Positions 12,794 to 24,327 of a stretch of DNA of 64,000 nt are shown here, piece by piece. The stretch lies in NCBI GenBank assembly GCA_000934665.2, contig KZ538435.1, positions 1 through 64,000 of the forward strand, written 5' to 3'. Position 1 is the stretch's first letter; each line of letters opens with the position of its first letter. The stretch is from Catajapyx aquilonaris. Its lineage: Eukaryota. The notes beneath the pieces were generated by a model that ran no database searches, had not been told where the DNA came from, and saw only the letters and a program-made list of their open reading frames with translations. The position numbers were made by a program, and so were the translations under genes.

Positions 12794-13747
12794 GAGCGCG
12801 CTCTAGGCTACGCGATCCATTGTTGCGGGGAGCCCGTCGCGGGCCGGCCCGTGAGTTTGACACTTCCTCTCGCTGTCACGGCTGCAAATATGGAGGTATC
12901 GGCATGAAACTGGAGTATCTGGACGCGAAAGAGTTGCACTTTGAGATGGTGCGTTTATTTTTCTCCTGGGGCGATATTTGCGGCCGCCGCGGCCAGGTAC
13001 ATTTTTTTATTTTGACCCGCAATCTCTCCTTTCCATGTCGGTACCTGTGAGATTCGAGACCATCACGAGGTTTTTACGCCGAATTACCGTAAGTGTGTGA
13101 AAGGACACGAGTGTGGCAGTCTTGGTTCAATGGCCAAACTGTGGGATCGAAAATACCCCCCTCCATGAACAATAACAACTCGCACGAAGAACGGGACGAT
13201 CTGGCAGCGCCGCGCTGACTGCCAGTTCGGTAACCACGGCGACATCGTATGTTTACATCGTTCTAATAATTTATTAGCGCTCTACCTTATCCCCGTCGCC
13301 GTGGTTGCGGAACTGGCAGTCACCGCGGCGCTGCCAGATCGTCGCGTTCTTTGTGCGAGTTGTTATTGTTCATGGAGGGGGGTATTTTCGATCCCACAGT
13401 TTGGCCATTGAACCAAGACTGCCACACTCGTGTCCTTTCACACACTTACAGTAATTCGGCGTAAAAACCTCGTGAGGGTCTCAAATCTCACTGGTACCGA
13501 CATGGAAAGGAGTGATTGCGGGTCAAAATAAAAAACTGTACCTGGCCGCGGCGGCCGCAAATATCGCCCCAGGAGAAAAATAAGCGCACCATCTCAAAGT
13601 GCAACTCTTTCGCGTCCAGATACTCTAGTTTCATGCCGATACCTCCATATTTGCGGCCGTGACAGCGAGAGGAAGAAGTGTCAAACTCACGGGCCGGCCC
13701 GCGACGGGCTCCCCGCAACAATGGATCGCATAGCCTAGAGCGCGCTC
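12794..13747. mobile_element. 954-bp palindromic non-autonomous DNA transposon, TTAA TSD, GAG...CTC termini (Sola3-like)
   Basis: About 450-bp nearly identical inverted arms (12794-13243 and 13295-13747), 51-bp spacer, TTAA at 12790-12793 and 13748-13751. Confidence 0.9.
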
Positions 13748-13751
13748 TTAA

Positions 13752-14235
13752 AGGAAGGGTTCAGTGATTTTGCATGTTGGGCTTCAGAGATCAAGGAAGA
13801 CTCCCTGATTCCAAAAATGTGATCAGTTTTGGAATCTGACGCCGCGTAAACAAATGCCGTTAGGTGAAAGTCCATATCCGCTATTGTATTCGATACGGTA
13901 AGCGTACAGCCAGCGCCTTCCGCGGAAATTCCGGTAACCTGCCACCACCGTGGCCAATGAGATTGGCTTAGTCTCGGAGCCCATTTTTTCATCTTTTCAC
14001 GGGACACGGGTTTCCTCTAGCCACAAGAGTGGAAGCTTCGACCGCTGCATCGAAGCTTCGTCCACTCTTGTGGCTAGAGGGAAGCCGTGTTCGGCGCTGA
14101 TTTTCAAAAAAATCAACTTTGACTTGAAATTTTACTCTTATGGTGCATTTGCCAACAAAACGGATCGGATATTTCAAATCAGGGAGTCGTGTTTGATTTT
14201 TGGAGCTCAACATGCAAAATCACTGAACCCTTCCT
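13752..14235. mobile_element. 484-bp MITE, TTAA TSD, AGG...CCT termini (Kolobok-like)
   Basis: TIR AGGAAGGGTTCAGTGATTTTGCATGTTG and its inverse; TTAA at 13748-13751 and 14236-14239; internal hairpin at 14005-14089. Confidence 0.88.
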
Positions 14236-14462
14236 TTAAAGCATAAATAAAAAATATATCATTTCTATGGTGATGCAGAGGAGGCTGTGCCTCGAGGAAA
14301 AGTTCAGTATTGAAACTTATCTACCAATATTGAATACGTAATATTATGCAGATCTTTCCTGGCATATGGAAGCATACAGTAGGTATGACAAAGTTAATTC
14401 TCTATTTTGGTTCCTCGTTGAGAAGACAGGTGCCAAAATTAGAGAAGCTGACCAAAGATATA

Positions 14463-14898
14463 CAGGGTGTATCTGTACTCCGTACACAGACGTATATGAC
14501 TGTCTTCATAGTCACCAGAGGATCAACTTATGTAGAGGAGTCATTATGTCTGGGCCGCCTCATTACTTAGATAAATTGACCCACCTGATAGTTAACGATT
14601 TGGCTAAAGAGTGATTTGTAAATAGCATTGAAAGTTCCAGTGCTCTTCAAAATTAGCAGAACAAATTGAAATTACAAACAACGACACAACGTGTGCAATC
14701 ATAATCACCATTAATCCTTCTGACTAGGGGAGGGTTCGATGGGTGGCCTAACCGACAGGATATTTTGTATTACATGTTTGATGGCAATTATCTCAGTTAT
14801 GAGGCGGGCCAGACATAATGACTCCTTACATAAGTTGATCCTCTGGTGCCTAGGAAGACAGTCATATACGTCTGTGTACTGAGTACAGATACACCCTG
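14463..14898. mobile_element. Tc1/mariner MITE with about 110-bp TIRs
   Basis: TA|CAGGGTGTATCTGTACTC ... GAGTACAGATACACCCTG|TG; interrupts the hAT transposase remnant. Confidence 0.88.
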
Positions 14899-14909
14899 TG
14901 GAGAGAATT

Positions 14910-15134
14910 GAGGGGCTGGGTGCACCTCCCGCACCAAGCAAAATTGAGATTTTTCCACTGTTGTGAAGCTATAAACTATCTGTTAGTGACATGCAAAACC
15001 TCCGTAAGTTTGGATGAGTCCTGGTGCCACTAAAAATAATTACTAGCAGGATGTAAGGAGAACTTCCCGCGGTACAGTTTCATTTCTCAGCAGTAACGTT
15101 GTGCGAGGTGGGCCTTTCTTGCACCCAACCGCTC
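14910..15134. mobile_element. 225-bp MITE, 15-bp TIRs, GAG...CTC termini (Sola2-like)
   Basis: GAGGGGCTGGGTGCA / TGCACCCAACCGCTC, flanks AATT and TATT; the hAT frame resumes with YPDGL after it. Confidence 0.6.
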
Positions 15135-15861
15135 TATTATTATCCTGATGGCCTGTAGGCTACTAGTACTTTGGATTTTGCAGATGAAATGGTTCATTTC
15201 ATGTTTTTCATATCATATCACAGTTCCATGACTAAGGTTTCAAAGCTGATGAAAGAGTGCCAGCATCGCGATCGTGCATACTAATTTTTGAAAATATTGT
15301 GAAATCAACGTTCCCAAATGTTATGACAGAGTTAAGAATTTATCGTTGCTTCATGATCATGAACGCTACAGGTGAACGAACCTTTTCGAAGCTAAAAACT
15401 GCTGAAAATATTGTCATCTATCTCTAATGACACAAGAACGACTGAACTCACTTGCCATTATGGCCCACTGAATACGACGCGACGTCTTATGCAAAAGGCA
15501 GACTTCCAAGATATCCTGAAAGATTTCGTGACTAAAAATTTGAGAGAAGTGAATGTTTAAAGTTTTCTCGGTTTATTAAAATAAATTTTTGTAATTTTTG
15601 CATAATAATGTTGTGCAATATTGTTTAATAATATTTAATTATTGTTGTTTAATAACATTTAATAATTTATTTAATGACAATAATAATTGTTATCGTTTGT
15701 TTTAGTGTGATAAATGGCTTATTGAAATTATTTTTGTTGGTTGGTAAAATCAAAAACGTATTAGATCATTTTTGCGAGGGGGCCCCCGAGATTTGAACGG
15801 CCTAGGGGCCTCCTCAGTGTATCCTGCACTGCATGTACTGTACAGTCTCTACACCGTAGTT

Positions 15862-16150
15862 GTATTGTATATAAAAATAACCATGAACCTCAGTCACTAT
15901 GCAGATTCTTTCAGCTTTTTTTTCTTTCTAGCAGGCCTACTATTAATCTGTAGAGCAGTGGTATTACCTGGAGTATTACCTGGGAATAGGTATAGGCCTA
16001 CTGCAGGGATGAATTTTAATACCAGTTTCCAAATGGTTGAATCAGAAATAACTAGTGTTAAAAAATGATCTGTCACTTATATTCATTAGATACTTTGAGC
16101 AGTATTCTCAAATTGAAACTCTGATCTGTGAGCACAACTTTGTACGAGCA
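15862..16150 (+). repeat. Diverged direct duplicate of 11590-11830
   Basis: Collinear shared blocks TGTATATAAA, ATGCAG.TTCTTTCAG, TAGAGCAG.GG..TTACCTGGA, CTGTCACTTATATT, GATACTTTGAG....CTCAAATTGAAA and TTTGT.CGAGCAG. Confidence 0.8.
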
Positions 16151-16709
16151 GTAGGAAAGCGATAGAAACGGAAGAAACGATTCAGTCTTTAGGACGGGGT
16201 GAAAAGTAAGAACCCTGGGTCCACAGTTTCCAATGTGGTAAACATGCTGCCTGTCATGAATGCACAGAACAAGATGAGTCCACCTTACATGTCCCGTTAG
16301 CACCGCACTTCTGGACCAGTGGAAAATGAAGGGTGACGAGCCCGTTCAAGCAGCGAGTGTCACGGGGTCTAGTCATGCATTGAACATCTCTGATTAAACC
16401 CATTTTTTGCAGGTAATACCCCCTTGCAGGTGTTAAAAATATCATTGGAACTTAACATTAGCCACTAATATAATAATAATAATAATAATATATATAATAA
16501 TGTTTATTACGCCCACCCCCAACGAACGCCACTAATATTATTCTAACACCTATATAGATGTGACTGGTTATTCAAAAATAATTGCTTAAAAAATCTAACT
16601 AAAACGGACATTTCAATGTGAACACTCTGTAGGCCTACATGATATTGACTGATCAATTTCAAGTTAACGTTGGCAAGGTTTTTAGGAGCATAAAAGGTGA
16701 TAATTTATT

Positions 16710-17050
16710 GTGATCATCCAGCAGGTGCCATAGATTCCATGAAGATAATACCCTTGTTAAGTATATTAAAGACTATTTGCTAATCTTACAAGGGGATAAC
16801 TACTGGCCCAAAGGACACGAAATGGAGTGTAGCAAAGATGAAACTCCGGCACCGTAATGGAATGATCAATTAGCTTCTTCTCGGTGGCAAATCTCCAGTG
16901 TGCTAGCTTGAGAAACGAGTTGATGCTTCGACTCCCTTGAGCCTCAAAAGTAAGCCCTTTCGTAGTTGCAGATCGTGAATCTCCTTCCGTCTAGGCACAT
17001 ACTCCATCTTGATATTAAGAAATCCACTTATCCGATCACCCATCTGTTCA
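16710..17050 (-). pseudogene. Possible highly decayed mariner transposase fragment
   Basis: YVPRR (cf. WVPR) and IVF...KGIIFME (cf. VFWD.KGII..E) in collinear order with many disruptions. Confidence 0.3.
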
Positions 17051-17387
17051 TCAAATCCATCCGTAACACCAGCTCTTGGTGACACCAAGAGTGAATAATT
17101 TTACTGTTGATAACACACAATGTTGGACGTAACACAACGCTCCTATTAAATGCACTACCGAGTTTGCGCTCGCTAATTTCCTCTTGCCAAAACCAAACCA
17201 ATCTGTAGCCTCAAGTTACGAGCCTCGAGAGATGATGCAAGAAATTTTCACCTCAGTCTCATTATGCTAATTAATACAGTATGTGGTGCATTACAAAACG
17301 CAAGTTCGCCAACTTCTTCGGAGTCTATATAGAATATAGGCCCTATATAATAGACGTCTTTTTGCTATATAACCAAACCGCTGGCAA

Positions 17388-17836
17388 TTTTTTTCTTTTT
17401 CTTTTTAGATACCCCGTGCTAGGGCATTTTGGCAATCTTAGGGGGGTGGAAATACCACCATCTTTTTTGGAACCATATAGTATGATATTATTTAATTGTT
17501 CCGAGGGTAATTAGTTCATATGTTGGGTTAGCTTGCGTCTCCCTTCATCGCTGACTACCCCTCATAGGGAAATGTCGTGATGTTGTTGTTGTTGTTTGTT
17601 GTTGTTGTTCCAAGGGTAAGTGGGAAGGGATGTGCAAAGTGCAAGTGCAATGTCGTTGCTTGGTCATTTTGTGAACTCCCCCGGGTGGATTAGTCTAGTG
17701 GAAATTTCCACCCGAGACGAAGCCAGAGATGGCCCAACTCTGCACGAGATGAAGGGGGGAACCCCGGGTTGGGTTCGAACCCGGGACCTTAACATCCGTG
17801 AGCGCGTGCGTTACCGCAGCACCACTCCGCCTCCCT
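17388..17836 (-). mobile_element. tRNA-derived SINE, head A + tail type 2, interrupted by a LINE tail
   Basis: Head A with GGTTCGAACCC; tail GATGGTGGT..CCCCCC...GCACGGGGT plus A-rich end; TSD CGCT(G/A)GCAA at 17379-17387 and 17837-17845. Confidence 0.88.
17511..17604 (+). mobile_element. 5'-truncated non-LTR retroelement with (TTG)n tail
   Basis: 15-bp TSD TTGTTCC(G/A)AGGGTAA at 17496-17510 and 17605-17619; nearly identical to 28-117. Confidence 0.85.
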
Positions 17837-19526
17837 CGCTAGCAAAATTACCTTATGTGTAGGATGTCACTTTTGCTTTCTGTTTCTTCATAGCTGCTAC
17901 GCAAGAAGAAACACCAGCCCTCCACAGTCCAAAGAGGGCCGTTGTTGCTTGAAGAGCGTACAGGAATGCTCACTTACATAGCAGTATCGAGGCAAAAACT
18001 GACGTAGAGAGGAGGTGCATTTCCAGTTTTGGCTGTAGGATATCCTTTAGTGCAGATTATGGGACACAACAAAGCCATTGTGGCGGCGCTTTTTACTTCC
18101 TTAAGTGATGCAATTTTACCCACTTAAGTAGGCCATTTCACTTTGTGCCTGAGTCCTAAATTGTACGTGCATGGTAGTCCTCAAGCTTTTATCGCAGAAA
18201 CATTACTATTGGGTGCAGGCACCTCATACGGAGGAGCGAGGAAAGTTCTTTTGTCTATTAATAAAGGAATTTATTCTGGATTAGATACCGGTACTTTCTG
18301 TACCGGTACTTTAGCTTCACAAGCTCGTTTATTTACGATGTACTTACGGTGGTATGCGAATAATAATAATATGGGGTAGTAAGAATTAGTTAATTGTTAC
18401 ATAACGATGACGACTGAACATATTTTTTAAACGGTGATACGATACAACTACAAGTAATATACTTCAACAATAGAAAAAAATCTTGAAGACTTAAGTGCCA
18501 AGTTGGAATGAAAATAAATTTTAGGAGACATTTTACATGCTGCCCATCCAACAATGCGTATTTTACAGTCAGTTTTTATCGGAATAAATCGAAAAATACA
18601 CAATCTCGTAGTATACAAGCAAAGCAACATGTAAAAGAAATGATTTTACTCTATAATCGGGCTTAGCGAATAAAATAGCCAAATCTTACTACATATTCTC
18701 AACATACAGTAATTTATGGATATGATATAGCATATATTCTACTTTCACTTTTACATCTCCCATTTATTAGGAACGAACTTTTTAAAATCTCTCTTGAGGG
18801 TGCTCGTTAAGCTTCAATACCGTCCTTGAAATTCAGATTCAGAATATTTGCATGAATGTTAAGGCAGGTTCATCCTACATAATCTGACGACAGTCGTCTC
18901 GTTAGATATGGCATCATTAACCAATCGGCATTCTGTAGTTTGCTGACAGTGGAAACGACCGGAGAATTAGAGCGAACTGATTGGTTAATTGGTCTGTTTC
19001 AAACTTAACGACAGTCACCAGCGTGTGGAGTGTGAGTCCAACCTGTAATAAGAGACCTAATATTTTCTCATAGGCACAAGTTACCCTTCGTAATCGGGTG
19101 GATCGAAAATGTTTTTTTTTTAAATATTGAAATGCCTAAAATGGCGCAATGGTTCCACTAAGTAGTCTGCGAAATACCTTATTATTGCAATCAAATAATA
19201 TTTAGGTGTCCGGGTTCAGCTTTGTCGATATTATTATGTTCATCATTCTTCATGTTGATGCTCCCATTATCCACATTATTTCAGTCAGAGGTAATGCGTT
19301 CATGCAGTTCTTATACCCTTGGATTTATAGTTTGGATTTATTCCATCCTGACACTATTTATGTCTCGAAACATTGCCTCACGCCCTCACCCGATAATAAT
19401 TAAACTGCAGTATTCCCCAGTCTGATTATGGCACAACAGTTTTTAAAATGTGCACATGATAAGGAGATGTGCGTTTTTAACAACGTTTTGGTGACAGGTA
19501 ATAATTTCTAAACTGTCAATATAATA

Positions 19527-19923
19527 CAGGGTGGACCTACTTCAAGTGTCGTTTTATAACCGCGATTAATAGCAGTGATTTTGCGATGACGTAGCAGCGA
19601 CGTGTAAAATGTCCCACTTCGGCGCCATCGAAAATATTAGCTGCCAATAGCAGAACACATGTAATGAACCCTGCTGCTGGGTTGACCTGAAAAAAAGGAG
19701 GCGCACACATGACCTGCGATGCGCCTGGGTGAAATGGGTGACGCCCAAGGCACCAGATGGACCATGGACCTGTAATGCAAGGGGGAAGCCTGCAAACGGA
19801 ACAGCTAATATTTTCGATGGCGCCGAAGTGGGCAATTTTACACGTCGCTGCTACGTCAATCGTAAAGCGCTTCTACTGTATTAATAGCCGTTATAAAACG
19901 ACACTTAAAGTCGGTCTACCCTG
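19527..19923. mobile_element. Tc1/mariner MITE with about 115-bp TIRs
   Basis: TA|CAGGGTGGACCTACTTCAAGTGTCGTTTTATAAC ... GTTATAAAACGACACTTAAAGTCGGTCTACCCTG|TA. Confidence 0.92.
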
Positions 19924-22900
19924 TATATTGAAGGATACCTGAAATTAAGTGAGCACAAGTTATGAATGTTCGAAATATTATTATTTCAAAGAATTTTCCC
20001 TACCATTTTTAGTTTCCTTTTAAATTTTCTAGTTAGATCCGTTCACTACATTCAGCATAAGATAAAATGTTGTCCGGCTTCCCGAAATAAAAAAATTGTG
20101 ATGCCACGATCTTCAATCGCTAACTGGAGTAAAGTAATATTTCACTATTTCACGTCCTATATGTCGAGAAGCCCCGCATGTACTACAGAGTTTCTGCTGA
20201 AATGAAGGAATCATAATTATGTCTTTGATAATCAAATTTATAATCCAAGACTAGGTCTCCAATGACTTAACATCAAATATGAAATGAAGGGCCTGGAAAC
20301 CTTTGATTGTGAGTATACGTATTTTAAAGGTCATGTTGGCGTCAGTCAGATATTGAAGAACTGATCCTGTCAAAAAACTGCGGGCATCCAGAAGTGTCTT
20401 ATTCTACGCTGCATGGCATACAATGATCTAACATTGATAATGGCACTGAAAGCTAGATAAAATATTTCAGATTTTTTTTAAACATTTACAACTACTGTAC
20501 TCTATTTCAGACAATATAACCTATTCAATAACTCAGTGCTGATCGTCGTATTATCTCTAGTAACACACATCATTATACAGATCCTATACGTAAATGCCTA
20601 GGATGAGTCCATCGTGTCATAGTACATGGTCACCAACTGAACGCCATCGTCAGGGAGATGCACGTAGTAGTTTTTGGCATGGTGATGAAAAGGGCAGTTT
20701 GATCAAAAACAAGGGCTGCAAGAGACTGGATAGGGGGTAGTAGAGCAATCTTTCCAGGTCACATCCTCCTTACTGTGCTAAAGGGCACCGTGTTCCTTAG
20801 AATTGTGCACGTCTCCAATCGTTAATCTTGATGGCGCAAGGACCTGCCTCCTTTGAGGTCGGCCATTTATTACCGGGCTGACATTAACAGCTGGACTGGA
20901 AAGTGGAGACAACGTCGGCAGCGAGCTGGTCTACCCCCGGCATGCATTGCGGCTTACCACCTTTCTCGCTGAATAGAGAAAAACTATTTCGCCCCTTGTC
21001 ACTAGCTCGTCAGCCCATATTTCCCCCCTGCCTGGTGCAAATAACGTGAAATTATCCCAGGCGAACAAACAAGCCCACCTTTTGGCGTCTTTACAACGCG
21101 CCATAACAAGACTAATACCCTTGTTCCCCGCTCTTTCTTCCCGGAGATGCTTCCGGAGTGATAAACGCCGACTGCCAGGCATTTTACGGTCCACTTTTCA
21201 AAAGAGCGGAACAGCTTTACAATTCCGGGCCGGAATAGGACCTACACGCCTCCTAGACTAGTCCGTTGTGATTCGGCCGCCCGATGAATCGGGACGCGCG
21301 GACGGGCACGCACGTACACGCGCTTTCTCGCACGTGAACACGCCCCGTGGGAGAATGTCATAATAGATTCAAGCTTCTCTACTTGGTAGGCAGCTGACCT
21401 AATTCGCCTGAAAACTTGATTTGCTGCCACTCTTCCGCATTTTTCACTCTGATGCTGCTAACCAACTGAGGATGTAGTCAGCTCGAGTGGAACGCGATCA
21501 ACGGCTCTTGTATTACTGATGTGATTTGGCCCTAGCTTGAAATATTCAAGTGGCCAATGAGCCTGTTTTTAAGTGGAAAAGGTGGCACGTATCTATGACA
21601 TAGAAGCTAAAGTAGAGTGTTAGCGCCAACTGAAGAGTCTATAGTTTTTTCCATTTCGTTTTTTAACATATAAAAAATAATATTTTCGTGAATCTGAAAC
21701 GTATTTTTATTATTTTATTATTGCAATTTAAATTTAAAATATCATTCGATCGTAGTAGTTGCGACCTGTCCTGGCTGCTGATGGTGAATGTCCCATCCAT
21801 AATATTGGCTAACTGCCTAACTTGGGATTGAAGCAGTGGTGTTAGCAGCAGAACTGGACATGATGGTCCATTTACTCACCTTCCCTGAGGAGGCGTGTGC
21901 ATGCCTGCGAGGGAGGTAACAGTCTGTTAGGGAACAACGTGCCGAAGTCACTAGGTTCCTGGTATAGGAGAGAGTGGAAGAGGGCGCACGAAATGCACCG
22001 TAGGAGACTTCAAGTGAACATTACAATCTATCATTTATGACAGCGACCAAAAAGTGGCGGAAACTACGACTGTTGTGAGGACGGGTTATCCGTCAGAGGA
22101 ATTGCCCGTCGCGTCGGTTGGTCAGGTCATTTTATGGCATGTGTCTATGGTCGGAAAAAAGGAGCTCAACCAGACGTGTGACCTTTTATTGTTCTTGGAG
22201 ACTGCATCTGAATCGACATTGTGGAGGCTTTTGCTGCTGACTCCTGCTCACTTGTCAACTTTGCCCTCATTTTCAGAAGATGGATATTGTGAAGTGGGAG
22301 GAAAACTCCTATTTGAATATGTTTTATCGAAAGTGGTTATCTAATTAGAACCTAATTTGTATGATGTGCAGATAGGCCCTTGATGAGTTCCCGTAATACT
22401 AATACGACTATTAGGTAGCAATTACTCGGGATTATGGTCGGCTCAGCACTTTTCATGCGACTCTCCCTTTGTCATTATTGTTTCACTCTTTTTATTCGTC
22501 CGGTTAAACCCTTTGATATCTCAATTTCCGATGACCAAATGTGCGTATTGACACATCTCCATGTCCACTTTGTGCATGCCCAAACCGCAGGCCATTTCAC
22601 ATGTCACTGTGCTTCAATATGCATCATCATCCCTAAAAATAATGTACTTTTGATAGTTCTTAAGGCCCTATGGAATATCTCCTATTACGTATAGGCTATC
22701 ACATTGCATGTTCAGATATTTCTCTTAATTTTTGTACTGTATTAGTCCAAGCAAAAGTAATTGTTGCGACTTAATACCTCTTCCTTATTGACTCCGTTAC
22801 ATTTATCCTGAGTGCTCAGAGCCACCCGCATCTCACGTGGACGATAAGCTAACTTTCAGGATGTAAAGCTGGGTAAGGCTCTTGTAGCCCTTCAGAGTAG

Positions 22901-24296
22901 CCTACACGCTGTATGTGCTGTACTGTACAGCAGGTGGCTAATCTTGTTGAGCATAGGCGGCTCTAAAAAAAATCCCTGTACACATGGCACTCAAACCACT
23001 GCGGTCTATGTTGTAGCTTTCAGCCTGTTGACTTCTCGTTAGCAAATAGGCTTGCTAGACTGTACACTTTAGGCAATTGTAAGCAAAAAAAACACGTACT
23101 TGTACTCACAAGTCAGCACAAGGTCCTATCCACAAAAAAGGACCGAACTAACCTTACGCAAATATAGTAGTAGTGGAGAGTGGCTGCGACAGGACACTGC
23201 TGAAAAAAGAATGGAGCATATGATATTATGCCAGAGTGGCCGACACATAAGTGTGTAGAACGTTGTCCCATGCAGCAGACTAGTGTTACACTCTGAAGTG
23301 AAGGCGATTTAGTTACGCAAACGTTGATGATGTAAAATTTGGGTCTCACTTCAAAGAACTGGTTCAGGTTTCGGGAGAGGGCGAAACCTCAGGTACATAT
23401 TACAAAGCTGCGGAAATAATATGGAAGGCTACCCAGCTTTTGTGGTAATAGGTCCATAATGGGCCGGCGATTTTTCGTTTCGCCCCCCCCCCCCCCTTTT
23501 TNCATAGCGGTGTCCAAGGAAAAAGGGTGGAAAAATAAAGAAAGCTTAATAGAGTAATTTTCCCGGGCAGAAGCAGTCCACGGGGCCTAAAACTCTGGCC
23601 GCCCCTCGCTTCATTAACGCCGGAAAGTATACAACAGTATTATTTCCATAACAGGGGAGGAGCGTAATGAACATTCGGTTAGCCTACTTGCGCTTTTCAA
23701 GCTGGGTATATTTTTTTTCACCCCAGTGCATATCCCTTTGACTTAATTGAGGCGGAGTGCAGTCTGCCGAGCTAGCAAAAACTCACAGGGCGCTGTCATC
23801 CAATTTCATGCGGACCCGAGCCTCGAGTCTTATGCTGGGAAATGCGATTACATAAGGACTAAAGAGAATGACCAGCCTGCCGGAATGAAAGGACGTTGAG
23901 GGTACTCATTCAGCAAAATCGGGATAACTGGTCCGGCTTCAGCAAGAGCGGAATTGAAATGCCATGGCTTCACCTCCCCCACCTTTCTTTTTTTTATCTA
24001 CCCTATGTCCCAAAAGTCATGTTGATGCCACGTTTCTTGAGGAATAGATGAGATGTCTGGGTGTGTGGAGTCTTGGCTTATGCCAAGGCTTATGCTGACG
24101 GAAAATGCGACTCCAACGGGTAAGAAGACGAAAGGAAACCGCGCACATTTGAAGGTTCTGGCGCTGAATAATTTGTGACAGTTCAGGACATTTTTCTAAT
24201 TTACTATCAAGTTTCTGATACTTACTGTACGTGAAAATCTTTTGGAGGACTTCTTGGCACGATGATGTGTTTCATAATTTAGCATACCTGCCTACT

Positions 24297-24327
24297 GATA
24301 AGGATAAGGATAAGGATAAGGATAAGG
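24297..24327 (+). repeat. (GATAAG)n hexamer repeat
   Basis: Five tandem units seen directly. Confidence 0.9.

Larger units (their letters stand above)
12605..15831 (+). mobile_element. Internally deleted hAT (ZMYM1/Tip100-like) transposon with nested insertions
   Basis: TIRs CAGTGCCGGAT / ATCCTGCACTG, GGCCCC-rich subtermini, 8-bp TSD CCTGTACA/CATGTACT; transposase remnants EEKFSIETYLPIL (14.3 kb) and the hAT dimerisation domain FPNV..LRIY....ATGERTFSKLK...MTQERLNSLAIM (15.3-15.55 kb). Confidence 0.9.

Noticed and set aside
12739..13721. Two near-identical ORFs on opposite strands (12739-13050 and 13488-13721)
   Set aside because: Artefact of the palindromic arms; no transposase or other motif.
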